Source: Octopus bimaculoides (Eukaryota). From it: a stretch of 35,958 nucleotides of DNA. The position numbers were made by a program, and so were the translations under genes. The stretch spans positions 117,847,649-117,883,606 of the forward strand of contig NC_068984.1 of assembly GCF_001194135.2 (NCBI RefSeq), given 5' to 3'. A model generated the notes under the pieces. That model was not told where the DNA came from and made no database searches. It saw only the letters and a list, made by a program, of their open reading frames with translations. Below, one piece after another: positions 34,354 through 35,958 of this stretch. How positions within the stretch are numbered: position 1 is the stretch's first letter; each line of letters opens with the position of its first letter.

Positions 34354-34355
34354 CA
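34141..34355. repeat. Compound tetranucleotide array (GATA/GACA/GCTA/GGTA)n
   Basis: Direct reading. Confidence 0.95.
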
Positions 34356-34449
34356 TATGTCTGGAAACATATATATATTTATACATGAATATATGTATAT
34401 ATGTGTATAAATCTATATATTTTCAGCATATGGTGACCATCGCATTGAG

Positions 34450-34600
34450 ACACATTTGTTGTTTACTCCCAGTTTTTTTTTCTCTCCTCATCTCTCCTTT
34501 CTAGATAAGAGCATATGCTTGAAATGTAAATGACTTTTTTTTTTCTATGTTTCCAGAGTGTAAAACTAATACATGCTTTTTGTTTGTATTTTAACCTCAT
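34450..34600 (+). mobile_element. Probable decayed Penelope-like or retrozyme-type repeat with a degenerate hammerhead core
   Basis: ctagataagagcatatgcttgaaatgt at 34501-34527 resembles CTGATGA-stem-GAAAC; short direct repeats acatttgttgttta / acatgctttttgtttgta flank it. Confidence 0.35.
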
Positions 34601-34696
34601 CTTCATGTTTTTCTAATGTTTTTGCATAATATATATATATTTACAATTATACATATATATGTATGTATATGTATACACACACATGTATACACACAC

Positions 34697-34756
<60 letters not shown>

Positions 34757-35005
34757 NNNNNNNNNNNNNNNNNNNNNNNNNNNNNNNNNNNNNNNNNNNN
34801 NNNNNNNNNNNNNNNNNNNNNNNNNNNNNNNNNNNNNNNNNNNNNNNNNNNNNNNNNNNNNNNNNNNNNNNNNNNNNNNNNNNNNNNNNNNNNNNNNNNN
34901 NNNNNNNNNNNNNNNNNNNNNNNNNNNNNNNNNNNNNNNNNNNNNNNNNNNNNNNNNNNNNNNNNNNNNNNNNNNNNNNNNNNNNNNNNNNNNNNNNNNN
35001 NNNNN

Positions 35006-35057
<52 letters not shown>

Positions 35058-35539
35058 TATGAATATCGTTTACTTATTTATTTGTCACGAATATACTTTA
35101 AATAAAGAGTATGGAGTAAAAGAACCTACATATACACACATACATATGTGCATGTACAGTTCCAGCGTGTAAGCACACACAGGCTATTAGTGCACCATTG
35201 AAACGCACCTCTCCTGATAATGACCCAGCTACATCTTAATTATTTTTCCATATGATTTATTAACTTTATAGGGTGTAGCAGATAAAATCAGTGTAACGTT
35301 TTAATTATGACACACCATAAGGAGCGAAAACATAAAATGAAAAGAAAAAGACAAAATAAGCAGAAACAAACTGTTAAGCATAATAAATACTATAAAAAGA
35401 GGAGAAACAGACAAATGAAATAAATAATTAGTTGCTAACCGACTTAACTGGTCCTACCTACTATCTTTCTCATTAGCAGATTTTTAGCCCTTTCAAATGT
35501 ACAGATACACAGATTTTCTTCCTTTTACTTTCAATCGCT

Positions 35540-35554
35540 CTATCTATCTATCTG

Positions 35555-35601
<47 letters not shown>

Positions 35602-35698
35602 GTCTCTTACTGATTCCAACATTTTAATAACATAGTTGCTTCTGTCTTTACTTTCTTTGTTTCTTTCAATAATTGCCTCATTTTCATGGACACATTTA

Positions 35699-35762
<64 letters not shown>

Positions 35763-35958
35763 CATAAATACATATATGCACACATACACACACATACACA
35801 TACACATGGCAACATACATGCACAAATACATATACATACACATGCAAGCATTTGAAACTGGTATGATATATATGTATTTACAGACCAAAATATATATGTA
35901 TGGATATATATATATATATCTATATATTTATATCTATCTATCTATTTATCTATCTATC
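35540..35958. repeat. (TCTA)n, (CA)n and mixed TA/CA microsatellites
   Basis: Direct reading. Confidence 0.9.

Noticed and set aside
1-35958. CRISPR array, operon or other prokaryotic/viral system
   Set aside because: No regularly spaced repeat-spacer array and no dense ORFs; the sequence is eukaryotic repeat-rich DNA

Overview
AT-rich eukaryotic (metazoan) non-coding DNA, most likely intronic or intergenic, from a draft assembly with 12 N-gaps. The repeat content (tRNA-derived SINEs with internal TA/TG microsatellites, elements with (GAT)n tails, very dense simple repeats) resembles a coleoid cephalopod such as Octopus; this is recognition from memory, not a database result. There is no intact long protein-coding ORF: almost all ORFs in the track are microsatellite or gap artefacts. 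Well-supported content: a Tc1/mariner remnant whose motif spacing reconstructs to DD37D (maT-like; 5769-6616), two copies of a TTAA-flanked piggyBac-type MITE, a hAT-like MITE, a long hairpin element, and about 40 copies or fragments of at least seven retroposon-like families, labelled here A, B, C, E, G, H and P (my own labels), plus one V-domain-like SINE. Several short candidate exons with good splice sites occur on both strands, but I cannot identify a gene and many are probably chance. Best leads: RFX X-box motifs at 28.58-28.89 kb (a possible ciliary-gene promoter); modular SINEs that share one tRNA head but carry alternative 3' halves; a degenerate hammerhead-ribozyme-like motif and inverted repeats suggestive of Penelope-like elements; and inverted young SINE pairs that could form ADAR substrates. 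I see no evidence for a novel multi-gene system.
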